Assembly: GCA_963422645.2 (NCBI GenBank)
Contig: CAXXVO010000015.1
Coordinates: forward strand, 1-64,000
Origin: Alphaproteobacteria bacterium
GTDB taxonomy: Bacteria > Pseudomonadota > Alphaproteobacteria > UBA828
Length of the DNA: 64,000 nt
Direction of reading: 5' to 3'
Part shown: piece after piece, positions 62,388 to 64,000 of the stretch
How positions within the stretch are numbered: position 1 is the stretch's first letter
How the letters are laid out: every line of letters starts with the position of its first letter
Position numbers and translations under genes: made by a program
Notes under the pieces: model-generated
Told to the model about the DNA's origin: nothing
Databases searched by the model: none
Seen by the model: the letters and a program-made list of their open reading frames with translations, nothing else

Positions 62388-63248
62388 TCAGCCGGTCGCG
62401 CGGCGGGGTTCCTCTTCTGAGGCGAGCGGCGGCAGGAAGTCTCGGTCGTGCGCCAGCGCCGGAATGGCGGCCCGCACCTCATCCACGCGCGCAAGCTCCA
62501 GATCGGCCGTGATGATGCCGACCCCCTCGCCGGCGTCGGCGAGCACCTCGCCCCAGGGATCGACGATCAGCGAATGGCCGTAGGTCTTGCGGTCGCCGGA
62601 GTGGCTGCCCCACATGCAGGGCGCAATGACGAAGCAGCCGGTCTCGATGGCGCGCGCCCGCATCAGAATGTGCCAGTGCGCCTCACCGGTGTGCTTGGTG
62701 AAGGCCGCAGGCACGGTGATCAGCCGCGCGCCAGCGTGGGTCAGCGCGCGATAGAGCTGCGGAAAGCGCAGGTCATAGCAGACGGTCATGCCGAGCCCGC
62801 CCCAGGGCGTTTCCGCCACCACCGCCTGCCCGCCGGGGCGGAAGGCATCGCTCTCCCGGTAGACCTCGCCGTTGGGCAGATCCACGTCGAACATGTGGAT
62901 CTTGTCGTAGGTTGCGACGATGGTGCCTGCCGGGTCGATCAGCACGGAGCGGTTGGAAATGCGGCCGTCGCCGGCGTCCGTTCCCATCGAGCCTGCGAGC
63001 AGCCAGACGCCGGTCTCCTCCGCGAGCGCGCTGAAGAACCGGGCCGCCGGATGGGCGTCGAGCGGCGCGGCGTTCGCGTGCACCAGCTCCGTCCGGTGCT
63101 CCATGAGGGCGACGTTTTCGGGCAGCGCGATCAGCTCCGCGCCGGCGGCACGGGCCTCGCGCACCAGGGCGCCGGCCGCGTCGAGATTGGCCTGCAGGTC
63201 CTGGCCGCTGGAGGGCTGAACGCAGGCGACCCGAAGGGTTTCGGTCAT
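62388..63248 (-). CDS. carbon-nitrogen hydrolase (Nit1-like)
   Basis: LPEN, YDKIHMFDV, VCYDLRFP, RARAIE, YGHS. Confidence 0.94.
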   Translation of the reverse strand: MTETLRVACVQPSSGQDLQANLDAAGALVREARAAGAELIALPENVALMEHRTELVHANAAPLDAHPAARFFSALAEETGVWLLAGSMGTDAGDGRISNRSVLIDPAGTIVATYDKIHMFDVDLPNGEVYRESDAFRPGGQAVVAETPWGGLGMTVCYDLRFPQLYRALTHAGARLITVPAAFTKHTGEAHWHILMRARAIETGCFVIAPCMWGSHSGDRKTYGHSLIVDPWGEVLADAGEGVGIITADLELARVDEVRAAIPALAHDRDFLPPLASEEEPRRATG

Positions 63249-63279
63249 GGTGTCCCCCAAGTCTCGGTGCAGGCCGGCA

Positions 63280-64000
63280 TCATGGACGGCTCCGCAAGGC
63301 GCGCGCAAGAGTGACCACATCGACCCGCTCGGCGCCGGCCTTGATCAGCGCGCGGGCACAGGCCGAGACGGTGGCACCGGTGGTCATGACGTCGTCCACC
63401 AGGAGAACGTTACGCCCGGTCACGAGAGACGCGCGCGCCCGCCGCACCGCGAACGCGCCCCGCACGTTGCGCCGCCGTTCCAAGCGCGAGAGCCGGGTCT
63501 GCGTCGCCGTCCGCCGGGTTCGAATCAAGAGGTCCGGGACCATGATTGCATCCGCCTGGCGCGCCATGAGCCGGGCGAGCACCGCCGCCTGGTTGAAACG
63601 CCGCGCCAGCAGCCGCCAGCGATGGAGCGGCACCGGCACCACCACGTCCGCCTCGGGCAGCAGCGGTGCCGCCGCGCGCTGCAGCCACGTGGCCAGTCTG
63701 GGCGCGAGCCACGAGCGGTCGGCCATCTTGAAGGCGAGGATCAGCTGGCGCCCCGCCCCTTCGTAGAGGAACGCCGCGCGCGCCCGGTCGAAGACCGGCG
63801 GCACGCGGGCGCACTCGCCGCAGATCGCGTCCGGGGCCGCCTCGATCGCAAAGGGCAGGCCACATCGCGCGCAGCAGGGCCGGCCGATGAAGCTGATGCG
63901 GTTCCAGCAGTCGGGGCAAAGCCCACCGGCCGCGCTGACCGGCGCATCGCAGGCGAGGCACGAGGGCGGTAATACTTGGTCGATGGCACCCGTCGCGGCC
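63280..64000 (-). CDS. comF: ComF-family protein (5' end outside window)
   Basis: CxxC zinc-ribbon pairs, VPVPLH, RRFNQA, LLVDDVMTTGAT. Confidence 0.9.
   Translation of the reverse strand, partial: AATGAIDQVLPPSCLACDAPVSAAGGLCPDCWNRISFIGRPCCARCGLPFAIEAAPDAICGECARVPPVFDRARAAFLYEGAGRQLILAFKMADRSWLAPRLATWLQRAAAPLLPEADVVVPVPLHRWRLLARRFNQAAVLARLMARQADAIMVPDLLIRTRRTATQTRLSRLERRRNVRGAFAVRRARASLVTGRNVLLVDDVMTTGATVSACARALIKAGAERVDVVTLARALRSRP

Noticed and set aside
63248-63280. No glutaredoxin gene between comF and the nitrilase-family gene
   Set aside because: Gene-order variation only; no scar visible

Overview
GC-rich, probably alphaproteobacterial chromosome segment. About 1-54.6 kb is mostly a decaying accessory region crowded with nested insertion sequences: two IS66-family elements sharing terminal IRs (one carries a compact Dam-like adenine methyltransferase, 4 copies), IS21 x2, IS1595 x2, IS5, an unclassified DDE element with CAGAC...GTCTG ends, and three unrelated IS110/IS1111 elements. 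These surround a defence operon (15.2-32.6 kb): a DUF499 ATPase ... DUF1156 methylase 'restriction-like' scaffold holding a Menshen-like trio and an ATPase/TOPRIM pair, partly destroyed by IS insertions. All three IS110-family elements have non-coding segments matching their own target and donor junctions (candidate bridge RNAs). The clearest is an IS1111 whose guides spell the programmed-frameshift site of an IS5 transposase; another IS110 forms a 3x1768-bp tandem array. A P4-type integrase abuts tRNA-Ser(CGA), but its island appears collapsed by deletion. 50.3-53 kb and 56.2-64 kb are ordinary chromosomal genes (Ldh_2 oxidoreductase, AI-2E transporter, CoA-transferase A, hydroquinone dioxygenase subunits, enoyl-CoA hydratase, DUF1178, amidase, nitrilase-family, ComF). 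Family assignments come from motif recognition by eye, not database searches.
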